From Malacoraja senta (taxonomy: Eukaryota), in contig JAXLNO010003381.1 in the NCBI GenBank assembly GCA_038087875.1, positions 62,001 to 96,975 on the forward strand: DNA of 34,975 nt, written 5' to 3'. Below, piece by piece: positions 19,978 through 31,413 of the stretch (position 1 is the stretch's first letter; every line of letters starts with the position of its first letter). The notes under the pieces were generated by a model. It had not been told where the DNA came from, did not search any database, and worked only from the letters and a program-made list of their open reading frames with translations. A program made the translations under genes and the position numbers.

Positions 19978-20109
19978 NNNNNNNNNNNNNNNNNNNNNNN
20001 NNNNNNNNNNNNNNNNNNNNNNNNNNNNNNNNNNNNNNNNNNNNNNNNNNNNNNNNNNNNNNNNNNNNNNNNNNNNNNNNNNNNNNNNNNNNNNNNNNNN
20101 NNNNNNNNN
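19978..20109. other. Assembly gap (132 N) between a CT-rich and an AC-rich simple repeat
   Basis: Run of N, inside gene B intron 1. Confidence 0.99.
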
Positions 20110-21250
20110 CCACAGACAACTAACACACACACATAACGCACAGACAACTAACACACACAACTAAGTTAGGATGGGGTAGAGGCCCAAAGGGTAGGATGGG
20201 GCTGAAGCCCAAAATTTAATGCCTGGATTGGTTTTTCACCAATGGTTATTGGTTTTCCAGGATCTATTTAATTAAATTACTTTTTTTTAAAATCATTTCA
20301 CAGTCACTAAAACAAGTGGTATTGTAACTATGTACTTTTCAGAGGTGATCTACACATTTTGTTTGTAGGCTTACATGTATGCAATTTTATATTAATTTTA
20401 TATTAAAATGTCGCTTAGATCAGTTAAAATGTCGCTTAGATCAGTTTGGTCCATTAAGTTGCATGCATTTTTTAAGTGCACATTTTGATTACTTTGCATT
20501 CTACCATAGGGATATAAAGTCTAGAATAGACTTTAATCAAATTTCTATGAATCTACAGACCTTGGCTGGGAACCTGGGGCTCGCCAAAATTGTTCCCAAT
20601 TGGGCCCCGCAACTCCTAAGGCCGGCCCTGCATGTACCTGTCTAACTGTTTCTTAAACGATGGGATAGTCCCTGCCTCAATTACCTCCTCTGGCAGCTTG
20701 TTCCATACACCCACCACCCTTTGTAATTGATGACACATCATAATTATTCCAGGTGGACGTGGAGTTTGAAACATCAGTGGCAGATCCAGCTTCCACCACA
20801 GGCCGGGAAGTTTAGTTCAACGGGGCACAAAGTGCTGGCGTAACTCAGTAGGTCAGGGAGTATCTCATGGTCTTGACTTGAAACGTCACATATCCATGTT
20901 CTCCAGAGATGCTGCCTGACCTGCTGAGTCACCACTGGCACCACAGGCAGCTGGCTATTCAGCTTTAGTAAAGCACAAAGTGCTAGAGTAAGTCAACAGG
21001 TCAGGCAGCATCTCTGGAGAACATCGATAGGTGACGTTTTGGGTTGAGACCTGAATAAGGGGTAGGCCAGATGAGGAAAAACCTTTTCACCCAGAGTTGT
21101 GAATCTGTAGAATTCTCTGCCACAGAGGGCAGAGGAGGCCAATTCACTGGATGTATTCAAGAGAGAGTTAGATATAGCTCTTAGGGCTAATGGAATCATG
21201 GGATATGGGGAGCAAGCAGAACGGTACTGAATTGGGATGATCAGCCATGA

Positions 21251-21830
21251 ACAGTCTGACCTGGTCACAAAACATCGCATCACTAGTTAAGAGAGCGCAG
21301 CAGCGGTTGCACTTTCTGCGCCGGATGAGAAGAGCTCACCCTCCCCATCCCATCCTCACCACTTTCTACAGGGGCACCATAGAGAGCATTTTGACCAGCT
21401 GTATTTCTGTCTGGTCTGGGGACTGCAAAGCCTCCGACTGGAAGTCCGTGCAGAGAGTGGTGAGGACGGCTGAAAAAATCATCGGGACTTCTCTTCCTTC
21501 AATCCGGGACATTGCATGCAAACGTTGATTGTCCAAGGCCAACAGCATTATAAAAGCCCCCACACATCTCCATCATGGACTGTTCACTATGCTGCCCTCG
21601 GGCAAAATATATCGCAGTATAAGGAGCAGAACGGCCAGGTTTTGCAACGGCTGCTACCCCCGAGCCATCAGACTCTTGAATTCCATATAATGTGCCGCCA
21701 CTATTATCTATTTATCTATTTTATCCTTTTGTTATTTTATGTTGCACGGTGAGCCAGATGCAACAAAATTTTGTTCCGACTTGCATTTGTTGGTGTACTT
21801 TTGAATGACAATAAAGTCTTTGATTGAAAA
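21251..21830 (+). mobile_element. Rex1/Babar-type LINE 3' fragment nested in a CR1 tail (about 21070-21910)
   Basis: Encodes KRAQQRLHFLRRMRRA...ILTTFYRGTIESILTSCISVW. It splits the CR1 consensus GATCAGCCATGA|TCATATTGAATGG. Confidence 0.75.
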
Positions 21831-22559
21831 TCATATTGAATGGCAGAGCTGGCTCGAAGGGCCGAATTGCCTACTCCTGCGCCTATTTTCTATGTTTATA
21901 TGTTTCTATGAATCGTCACCTATCCACTTTCTCCAGAGATAGTTCCTGACCCGTTGAGTTACTCCAGCACTTTGTGTCCTTTTGTGTATTAACCAGCATT
22001 TGCAGTTCCTTGATTCTACCAGTTTAATGGGGAAGTGGGTTGTACTGAGATTGAACACAGGGTGGGTCAGAGTGAGAGACAGGTTGGCTTCCTGTCACAT
22101 GACCACCACTCAGTGCAAGCCACGCCCACAGGGAAGGAGGATCTGGGCGCCAGGTAAATTCAGAAGCAGTTCTGCTTTCACTGGAACTTGGGGAACAATC
22201 CCAGGGAACTGGGAATTAACACCAGCGGGAAAAGCATGAAAGTGCAACAGGATCTGTACAAAAGAAGAGACAAAAAATGCTGGAGTAACTCAGCGGGACG
22301 GGCAGCATCTCTGGAGAGAAGGAATGGGTGAGGAAACATCACCCGTCAGTTTCTCCAGCGATGCTGCCTGTCCTGCTGAGTTACTCCAGCTCTTTGTGTC
22401 TATCTTTGGTGTAAACCAGCACCTGCAGTTCCTTGCTACACATGATCTATGCGAAACCATGAACCTGTCTGAACAGCACAAATTACATTTTTTAAATTGT
22501 TAAACCTCAGCTTGTGCTGCTGCAGTGTGCGTGATCTTTCATCATTAATGTGCCCACAG

Positions 22560-22883
22560 GGTCATGGGGAATAACTGGAGCCGAGGAGGTGAGGGGAGAG
22601 TTGGGGCAGTCGGTCACTGTGGAATGTCAGTATGGTCGGAAATACAGTGACTACAGGAAACGTTGGAGTAAAGGTTATGATTTATGGTCATCTGAGACCG
22701 TGGTTTCTACTGATCGCCCACGACGAGGGAGAACATCGATAACAGATAACAAAACACAACGGATAGTTTCAGTAACCATCGACAACCTGCAGAAGAGTGA
22801 TGAAGGACGCTACTGGTGTTTGGTAGAAAAGGAAAGAGATTCACCCATTGAATCAGCCCCCATCTCATTGAAGGTTTCTGAAG
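22560..22883 (+). CDS. Gene B exon 2: Ig V-set domain V2
   Basis: Acceptor CCCACAG|, donor GAAG|GTACGT, 324 nt, phase 1-1, open frame. 79/108 aa identical to V1. Confidence 0.92.
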
Positions 22884-23239
22884 GTACGTTGACGATCTCT
22901 CCTCACTCTCCCAGATGTGAACATGCCAGCCTGGGAATTCCGGCCTCGGTCCTGATAGTGACTCAGTGCCACATCCCCGGGGGTCGGGGTGAGGGGGGAG
23001 GGGACCTCATTTACTGGGGTCCCGGCCCGTGGGGCCACACGAAGGGCCCCACTGTCACAGGAGCAGTATGGGGGGGGGTCGGGGAGATGTCAGACACCAG
23101 CCCCACGGAAGGTCCCAGCTACCGGCGGTTCTGCTGCTGAGGCTCATTTCCCCAAAGATGATCGCTTTACTGGGGAAACCGGCCCCTCACCTGGAGAAAG
23201 GGGTCAAGGGGGGAGGGTAGGGAGCAGGTTAGTAGAAGA

Positions 23240-23420
23240 TACTTAAAATTAGAGAATTCAACGTTCAAACCGTTGGGTTGTAAACTACCTGAGCGTAATA
23301 TGAGGTGCGGTTCCTCCAATTTGCATGTGGCCTCACTCTGGCAATGGAGGAGGCCCGGACAGAAAGGTCAGTGTGGGAATGGGAAGGGACGTGACAGGGT
23401 TGGCAACCGGGAGATCAAGA
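23240..23420 (-). mobile_element. Penelope-like element, GIY-YIG endonuclease C-terminal fragment
   Basis: Minus strand reads SHSHTDLSV/LLHCQSEATCKLEEPHLILRSGSLQPNGLNVEFSNFK (one frameshift). Confidence 0.75.
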
Positions 23421-23624
23421 AGGGTCCTGACCCGTAAAGGACACCTAAAAGGACACCTACAAAACCTGCACATTTCAGTCGTCAAATTTAACTCAGGGTC
23501 CTTAAATTTGTAATGTTCAGCCTTATAGTGTTCTCTCTCTGGAATTCTGGATAACTGGGCCAAAAACACCCCCCCACTATACTAGGGTGGGGAAAAAGCT
23601 CCAGCTCTTCGCACAATCTATAGT

Positions 23625-24020
23625 CTAATATTTCTCTGGCATGTCTTGCACATCATCGTAGTATTCTATCCTCGGGGTCTGCTTCTTAGGGGAAACAGTT
23701 TCACCTTTATCCTGGATCAACGAAAGCTGCTTGGCAGTGGCTCTTACTAGAAAAAAACTAACACAGGGTAAGACACAACATAGCACCACAATAACCCCCA
23801 GCAGTGCAGCTCCAATAATTACCCCCATCTTAGTCAGCCATGCTCCCCAACCGCCTAACATATTTTCCAGCCAACTAAAGACGTCATGTCAAAACCCACA
23901 CTCTGCTTGTTCTCTTTACTCAGATTTCTCAACTTATCCATTGCTTTAGTGGGCTAGTATTATTAGGTATGAAGGTGAAGCATTGTTCCCCAAACAAGAC
24001 ACATACACCCCCTCATTCTG
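23625..24020 (-). pseudogene. env: ERV env TM-subunit remnant
   Basis: GVCVLFGEQCFTFIPNNT (a degenerate CX6CC, 23977-24003), then WLENMLGGWGAWLTKMGVIIGAALLGVIVVLCCVLPC membrane span. Confidence 0.8.
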
Positions 24021-24167
24021 ACCTTATTAACGCCAGTCTTAGGGTCACTAATGTCTCCAAAAACCTCACTTATTATCTTGTTAAAGCTCTGCTCTTCCCT
24101 CACTTCTTTGTCCTCCTGTTCACTTACCTCAGGGCTATTATCGAGTCGTACCTGTGGGTCAGCCCTC

Positions 24168-24169
24168 AT

Positions 24170-24203
<34 letters not shown>

Positions 24204-24748
24204 ATTTTATTTGTATAGCGCTTTTCAAGGACTCAAAGTCGCTTTACATGGAGAGTCAAGAACAAAATAAAATAGAACAAAATAGGGCAGAAAGACAGAG
24301 ATAATAATAATAATAATACATTTTATTTATATAGCGCTTTTCAAGGACTCAAAGTCGCTTAAATGCAAAGGGGAGGGGGACATGGGACTAAGGGTATGCA
24401 GAGGTGAAGATATGGGTCTTGAGGCAGGACTAGAGGATGGTGAGGGACTCAGAATTTCAGATCAATTGTGGGAGGGAGTTCCAGAGCCTGGGAGCTGCCC
24501 TGGAGAAGGCTCTGCATCCCAAAAGTGCAGAGGTTGGATTTCGGAATGGAGAGGAGACCGGCTGATAAGGATCTGAGGGACCGTGAGGGTTGGTAGGGGG
24601 AGAGGAGGTCAGTGAGATAAGGGGGGGCCAAGTGGTTGAGGGCTTTGTAGGTAAGGACCAGGATTTTGTAGATGATCCGGTGGGAAATGGGAAGCCAGTG
24701 AAGTTCTTTGAGAACTGGGGTGATGTGGTGCCATGATTTGATGTAAGG
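24168..24748 (-). mobile_element. L2-type LINE 3' fragment inserted in the ERV integrase tail, with a duplicated (ATT)n tail
   Basis: Encodes HHITPVLKELHWLPISHRIIYKILVLTYKALNHLAPPYLTDLL. The tail unit occurs at 24168-24247 and 24301-24362. Confidence 0.85.
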
Positions 24749-26790
24749 ATTGAGATGGTACCAGGTAGATCGACCTTCTACCTGAACAGCTGTTTCGGAA
24801 AGCTCATACATACACCTTGTCTCCGGGTTTAAAGGGTCCTTCCTCCTGGTCCACCTTCAACTGCTTTTGCTTTGCCTGTGCATAAATAGACTTGTGTATC
24901 ATAATTAACTGTTGCATATACTGCTTAAATTCTACCTCTAACTGTTCCAAACTCAGTCCCTTGTAGGGACCTCTCCATTGTGCCACCGGCATGGGTCGGC
25001 TAGTAAGCATCTCATGTGGTGTTAGGTGGGTTATTCGGTTAGTTTGCATGCAACATCTCTTCAGTGCTAATGGCAGGGCATCGATCTAATTCAACTGTGT
25101 AGTTACACAAATCGTATTTATCTTAGCCTTCAATGTTCCATTTATTCTTTCCACCATGCCCTGTGACTACAGATGGTACACACCCAAATCTTTGTTTTAT
25201 TCTAAGGGCCTGTAGCCCCAGCTTGACTACTCTCTAAATGAAAACCAATCCATTGTCAAAGCTGATTTCTGTAGGTCTACCAAACCTCGGGATTACCTCA
25301 TTCATCAGAAACTTTACTACAGTCCCTGCACCTAAATCTTTGGACAGTACTGCCGCCACCCACGTACTAAATCTATCAATCACTACTAGCATATACCTTT
25401 TTCCTCTTACCTTCTTTATCATGTCCACATAGTCGATCACCAGGTGCCTAAATGGACCTTCAGGCACAGGAATGTGACCTATAGGCGTGATTATTCCCAC
25501 TCTGACATTGTCCTGACCTACTAGCATATACCTTTGTCTGACCTTGTTTTGAGCTCATACTGTGATGAAACGTGGTCCACCGACGCCTGCAAGTAAGGTG
25601 ACCAAAACCCATCCTTTTTTACCTTCCTTATAACTTCCCCCCTTGCACAATAATCTAACCCATGTACTTCTGTCATAAGAATGGTCAGCAATGGTGTGGG
25701 TGCTACCAATAATCCTTCAGTATCCACATGCCCTTCAAGTTCTGCTTAGCTCCCCTTTGTCTCCACATAGTTTACTCTGCTTAGATTACCTTAACTTGCA
25801 TTTGAATTATGTCCTCCTCTGTGGGTTCCAGATCCAAGCTTACCTGAGGCTCATTAACAGCTGATCAGCCTCCAGATGTTGTTCTGACTGCATCGTCTGC
25901 TCTTTGATTTCCCTTTATAATCATGTTGTTTCCCTTCTTATGTGCTTGGCATTTAATGACAGCTAGTGCCCCTGGCTTCATTATTGCCCTTATCAGGTCT
26001 GTACTTTACTGCTAACTTTGCATGGGGTCTCCGTTGCTTTTCTTGAAGCCTTTCTTTTTCCCTACTGCTCCAAACATGTGACAGACCCCATGTGCATATG
26101 CTGAGTCTGTATAAACTTCAGCTATCTCACTTTCCATTAAGTCACATACTGCTCTTAAAGCCTTAATTTCTGCTAACTGAGCTGAGCAAGATTGCAGGCA
26201 AGCTTCCAATTTAATTACCTTAAATTCTAATTCATCCTGTTGCACACTGCAAACCCTGCATACTTGCTATTATGACCCCATTAACAAGAAACATCCACAA
26301 ACAAGACCTTTGTGTCCTCTTCATTCAAAGGCTCTGACTATAAAACATTTCTCAGACTTGTGTGTCCTGCTTCCTTCATTATTTTCCTTAATGGCCTCAC
26401 AATTTCAACATACTTTCCAATCTAGTCTGAACTATATCCTGCCATTCCCAAGATCATCATCATCTGTCCTACTGTCTGAGGTTTGGGAGCTTTAATTATT
26501 GCTTCAATTTGATTCTGCGCTATGGCTTTTACTTCTTTGGATATTACTCGTCCTGAATATTCTGCCTGCTGCTGACAAAACAGCAACTTTTTCCTGGATA
26601 CGTTATGACCTCCTATGCCAGCTTTTCCAAGAGAATTAAAATGTCTAGCTCACATTGCCTCTCACTTGTGGAACAAACCAACAAACCATTCACATACTGT
26701 ATCAAATACTTTCTAAGGGTACACCTTCCAAATCTGCATTTAACATCTCATTAAAAACATGGGGCGAGTATTTAAATCCCTGGGCATCCT
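24749..26790 (-). pseudogene. pol: ERV pol remnant (RT C-terminal half, RNase H, integrase)
   Basis: RT QGFKYSPHVF...QYVNG (decayed YVDD); RNase H SAQLAEI, YTDSAYAHG, KCQAHKK, GNQRAD; IN PFRHLVIDY, IDRFS, DNG, GMVER.NGTLK, TAVQVEGRSTWYHLN. Confidence 0.9.
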
Positions 26791-27049
26791 AGCCTAGGTG
26801 TATTTAATACTTCTTCTTAATGTTCCTATCATAGCTATGTTCACCACTATCTTAATATAATTATTATTATTTCCTGATTACCATACCTGTTCACATCCCC
26901 AACACACCTTATCCATTACCTGCCTCCTTACTCGCCTTACTTAACCTCCTCCTTGAGATCCCTCCCTCCCTTGGGGACCCCAGTCCTGTCTGGGCTTATA
27001 TCCAGATTTATTTCACTCCTGATAAGGCATTTGAGGAAACGCTCCCCCA

Positions 27050-28330
27050 AAGACATTTATTATTAGCATGGAATTCTCTGGACCCTGTTTGGCTCTGTCA
27101 TAGGACTCACTGTGTGTCGGTGCATCACTTATTTCAGTCTTTCCAACCAAGTCTGTTGTTATTGACAACATTGTCTTTCCTTTTTCACGCTTTTTCTTTT
27201 TGAGCTCTTCAAGTTACATTTGCATCACTTTTCTCTGCACCTCTTCCTGCTGGTCTCAAGTCTTTTTTCTATCTTTGCGATATTTCTCGACTGCATGGAC
27301 CAAATGATTGCTGAACCAGGGGTGGGACATAGATGACAATCCCACCATCTCCTCCAATATAGACTTGACTTGAGGAGGCATGGCATCCACCACAGTGGTT
27401 CAGAATATAGTGTTCATTAACTGGTTGCCTTCTATTTCTTGTTCAGTTTCGAGTCTCCAACTTTTCAGCTGGATCTCCAGATAGGCTGCTGGATTCTTGG
27501 AGTTGAGAGGAAACAAAGCATTAAGCATTACCTTACAGCAGAGGGTAGCTGTGCAGAGATTCACCTCCCCCGCTTACAGTTTCTTAAAGGGACACACACA
27601 CCTACCCTTACAACATCTGGTTTACAACAAACAAAGGACTTATCACATATATGAACTTCTGAATTCATTCAAAAACCATTTTTTACACACAAATCACATT
27701 TGTTCGATTCTTACTTCAAAGAAATTATGCCATTTTCTACACATATTAAAGTTTCAAAACACAAATGTATACATTCTTATCTCCTTTTTTTAAGTTAAAG
27801 TAGGATGGTCTAATCCCCTATCAGTCCGTTTCCTGAGCGCTGTGATTGGACATTGATTCAGATTGTGATTAGTCAGACTCACCGTCACTCAAATTCTAAC
27901 CACACCCCACTAAGATCACAACCAATCAGACTCCTAGTCACTCAACATCTGACCACAACCCACTCCCATCAAGCTTCAGACACAGAGCACATTTTCTCCT
28001 TTGTCTCTGTGCAGAGTGGTAGGCAAGTATCTATCTTTTACACAAAGTTTCTATCTTTTAGCAATCATGATTTTTACGCTCTTCTTCCCTCTTTACTTTA
28101 TCTGCTGCGTTACTTCTCTTTTGCTCTGTGCCGTTTAACTCTACCTGATGGATTTAATATTGTTTCTCTGTACTTTCCTACCTCAAACTCCCTTATCTTT
28201 ACCATCTGTTCTTTTAGTCTCCAAACCTGGGAGCACTTCCAGTCCTTATTTCGCCACCGAATTCTCCTTCATTTCTCCCCCTTTCTTTCCTTTTTCATCT
28301 TCCTACCTTTTTAACAGTTCTTCATTCCAT
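27050..28330 (-). pseudogene. gag: ERV gag remnant
   Basis: DAMPPQVKSILEEMVGLSSMSH...NHLVHAVEKYRK at about 27250-27420 resembles fish ERV capsid C-termini. Boundaries are approximate. Confidence 0.6.
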
Positions 28331-29010
28331 GTTCCTTTCCTTTGTTTCCATGTGCCCCCAAAATTTAGGTTACTTTATAACTTACTATTCTAGTTTAAAC
28401 TACTCAATGCTTATTCTCTGAGCTCTTCTTTATCAGCGCTTTCTTTCTCTGCCCTAGCCCGTAACATTTTACCATTTTACACTACCTAATTAACCCCTAT
28501 CCCCCCTGATTTTACATATATACATTATATCCTGTCTGATCAGATTTTCTTCTCTTCTCTAAGAATGGTCACCACAGGATAATACCTGCCATATGCGGAC
28601 CACGCCCCCTTCTCAACAGACTAATCTGCAGGTTTTAGGATGCCTTGCCTAAGCAAACCCCGCGCTCTTCTCAACGGGTGGTATCTGCAAAGTCTTATAT
28701 ACATTCTGTACAAAATACTTATCAGCTTAACTATTTTCTACTTACCCTACTGCGCAGACTTCTCGAGCAATCCTCCACGTCTCCTAGACAATTTAGTGCC
28801 AGATTCTTGGGTCGGAGAGACCTTCTAACTACCTAGGCACAGAAGTGTCCCCAATGGGTTCCCATGTACAACAGGTTATTAGTCCAAATGAAACGGAAAA
28901 CCGCATAATTTTTATGGGTGGCCACCCTTTTTCCTGTTGTCCCTAGGAGCCACAGAGGGGGCAGGGAAGCGCCCTGGGCTGTTTGTCTTTTAATTAACAG
29001 TCTCTTACCG

Positions 29011-29028
29011 ACCCTGCTCGGTGCGCCA
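29011..29028 (-). promoter_or_regulatory. ERV primer binding site, tRNA-Ser(UGA)-like
   Basis: TGGCGCACCGAGCAGGGT matches 17/18 nt of the complement of the vertebrate tRNA-Ser(UGA) 3' end as I recall it (TGGCGCAGCGAGCAGGGT). It lies 4 nt from an LTR-terminal CA (29033-29034), with AATAAA (about 29098) and TATAAAAA (29186-29193) upstream on the minus strand. Confidence 0.7.
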
Positions 29029-29680
29029 ATTATGTTGTGGTTTTCAATACTCAAATTAATTCAGGCCACATGGAGAATTCTTCAAGAAGTTTAAACTTTT
29101 ATTTGCAAACAAAAGTTGGATCCCCCCCCCCCCCACATCATCAGTCCACGTGGAGCTCTCTGACCCACAAACAAAGGATCGTCTCTTTTTATACCATTTT
29201 CAACTCTGCATGCCCTACCCCTGTTACATTTCCATATCCAATCATTTTCTGACATTCCCTCATCATCAGCCAATCACTTGCTCCCACTTATCTCCTCCTT
29301 CCCAGTACATTTCCATATTTGCAACTGATGTAGGTAGTCACATGACTCCCTTTGTGGCCCCTCGCCTGCCATGTGCTCGTAACTTCTTTGTTCAGTCGTT
29401 ACATTCCAACAAAGTGATATCCAAGAAACGTGGACAATTCCCAGAACCCACTTATCAAAATATAAGAGATACAGTGGTCACTCAATTTATATAAACAAGA
29501 CATTGTTCCCATTAAACTCTATACATCTTTGGGAAGAATGTTACCTCTTAAACTACAGATCTAAACACAGGGGGTCTAATGTTTATAATCCTAATTAAAG
29601 CACAATATATTTCCTAGATGGTCTCGTTACAAATCATATCTTTAACTAACATTACCTTGTATTATAAACCTTAAAAGTAT

Positions 29681-29841
29681 TGTGATGTATGTAATATAAT
29701 TAGCATATGTTATGTCTTGTGCAAGGGGACGCATGCGCTAGGGGAGACTCAAGGTGGCGTCATAGAATAAAGAAGCTTGTCAGTTTACTCCTGTATCTGA
29801 GAGTTATTTTGGGTCAGTTCCAAGCACCCACATACACTACA
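29681..29841 (+). mobile_element. 161-bp solo LTR with 5-bp TSD AGTAT
   Basis: TGTGATGTATG...CATACACTACA imperfect terminal inverted repeat, internal AATAAA, AGTAT at 29676-29680 and 29842-29846. Confidence 0.75.
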
Positions 29842-31089
29842 AGTATGAATTTACTCTATCTTTGCAAACACACACATCCTATTCTCGTACAAATGTCACA
29901 CTTGATAAATGATAATTGCTTCTTGGTCAGCTCACACACCCTCCCCTTTCTTGTTATCTCTATGGGATGAAATTCCAAACTCATTGTTAGGCCTCTTTTT
30001 ATGACTCTGCTTTCACACTTATAACATTACTCAAAGGATGTTTACATCTGCAGACCGCCATCTCTATCTCAAAGTATGGCCACCTCAGTTTTCATAAACA
30101 TAAGAAATCCAACATACAAAGGTTACATACCCCTCACCCGAGCACCTTCTGCCCTTCACATATGTCTTATCTCTTATCCCAACATGAGTATAATTAAAGT
30201 AGCTAAAGACTGGATCACAGAATGCAGAGGCGCCCTTCTATCTTAGACAAGTATAAACAGTCATCAGTCGTAAACCCCAAGCTCTTTGTGCTGTAGCAGA
30301 GCTAAGGAATGTGTCATAACGAAAGAGCAAATGGTCTGTGACCAAATGGCCTGTGACCTGAAAACGGGTCCCACTGCCAAACTACTTTTGAATACAGATT
30401 ATATAAGATACATTTAATATAGAAGATAATATTTACTATAATGAGGAAAACCATTTTCACCCAGAGAGTTCCACTTTCTCCAGAGATAGTTCCTGGCCCG
30501 TTAAGTTACTCCAGCACTTTGTGTCCTTCTGTGTATTAACCAGCATCTGCAGTACCTTGTTTCTACTAGTTCAATGGGGAAGTGGGTTGTAGTGAGATTG
30601 AACACAGGGTGGGTCAGAGTGAGAGACAGGTTGGCTTCCTGTCACATGACCACCACTCAGGTCAAGCCACGCTCATAGGGAAGGATGATCTGGCCGCCAG
30701 AGAGATTCAGGAGCAGTTCTGCATTCACTGGAACTTGGGGAACAATCCCGGTGAAATGGAAATTAACACCAGCAGGAAAAGCATTAAAGTGCAACAGGAT
30801 CTATGCAAAAGAAGAGACACAAAATGCTGGAGTAACTCAGCGGGACGGACAGCATCTCTGGAGAGAAGGAATGGGTGAAGAAACATTACCCGTCGGTTTC
30901 TCCAGAGATGCTGCCTGAACTGCTGAGTTACTCCAGCTCTTTGTGTCTATCTTTGGTGTAAACCAGCACCTGCAGTTTCTTGCTGCACATGATCTATGCG
31001 AAACCGTGAACCTGTCTGAACAGCACAAATTACATGTTTTTTATTGTTGCTGCAGTGTGAGTGATCTTTCATCATTAATGTGCCAACAG

Positions 31090-31413
31090 GTTCAAGGGGA
31101 ATAACTGGACCCAAGGAGGTGAGGGGAGAGTTGGGGCAGTCGGTCACTGTGGAATGTCAGTATGATCCGAAATACAAAGACAACAACAAGCTATGGAGTA
31201 AACGTGATTCTTACTGGTCATCTTCTGAGACCGTGGTTTCTACTGATCACCCACGACGAGGGAGAACATCGATGACTGATAACAAAATACAACGGATACT
31301 TTCAGTAACCATCGACAACCTGGAGAAGAGTGATGAAGGACACTACTGGTGTGCCATAGACATAACATTGAACTTCGATGAAAGGACCTCCATCTCATTG
31401 AAGGTTTCTGAAG
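31090..31413 (+). CDS. Gene B exon 3: Ig V-set domain V3
   Basis: Acceptor CCAACAG|, donor GAAG|GTACGT, 324 nt, phase 1-1, open frame. One codon longer in the C' region and one shorter in the CDR3-like loop than V1/V2. Confidence 0.92.

Larger units (their letters stand above)
23440..29200 (-). mobile_element. Degenerate, internally deleted class-I (gamma/epsilon-like) endogenous retrovirus, antisense in the V2-V3 intron
   Basis: Colinear minus-strand remnants: LTR end, PBS, gag, partial RT, RNase H, integrase, env TM, PPT and the start of a 3' LTR (TGTTTTTGG at 23568). Many stops and frameshifts. Outer boundaries are approximate. Confidence 0.88.

Noticed and set aside
22884-23140. ORF-track extension of V2 to 196 aa (also the V1 and V3 extensions)
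   Set aside because: Read-through past a conserved GT donor into G-rich intron. The frame and length are not conserved among the three copies.
23963-24304. Poly-Tyr and poly-Ile ORFs
   Set aside because: Translation of the (AAT)n tail of the L2 insertion.
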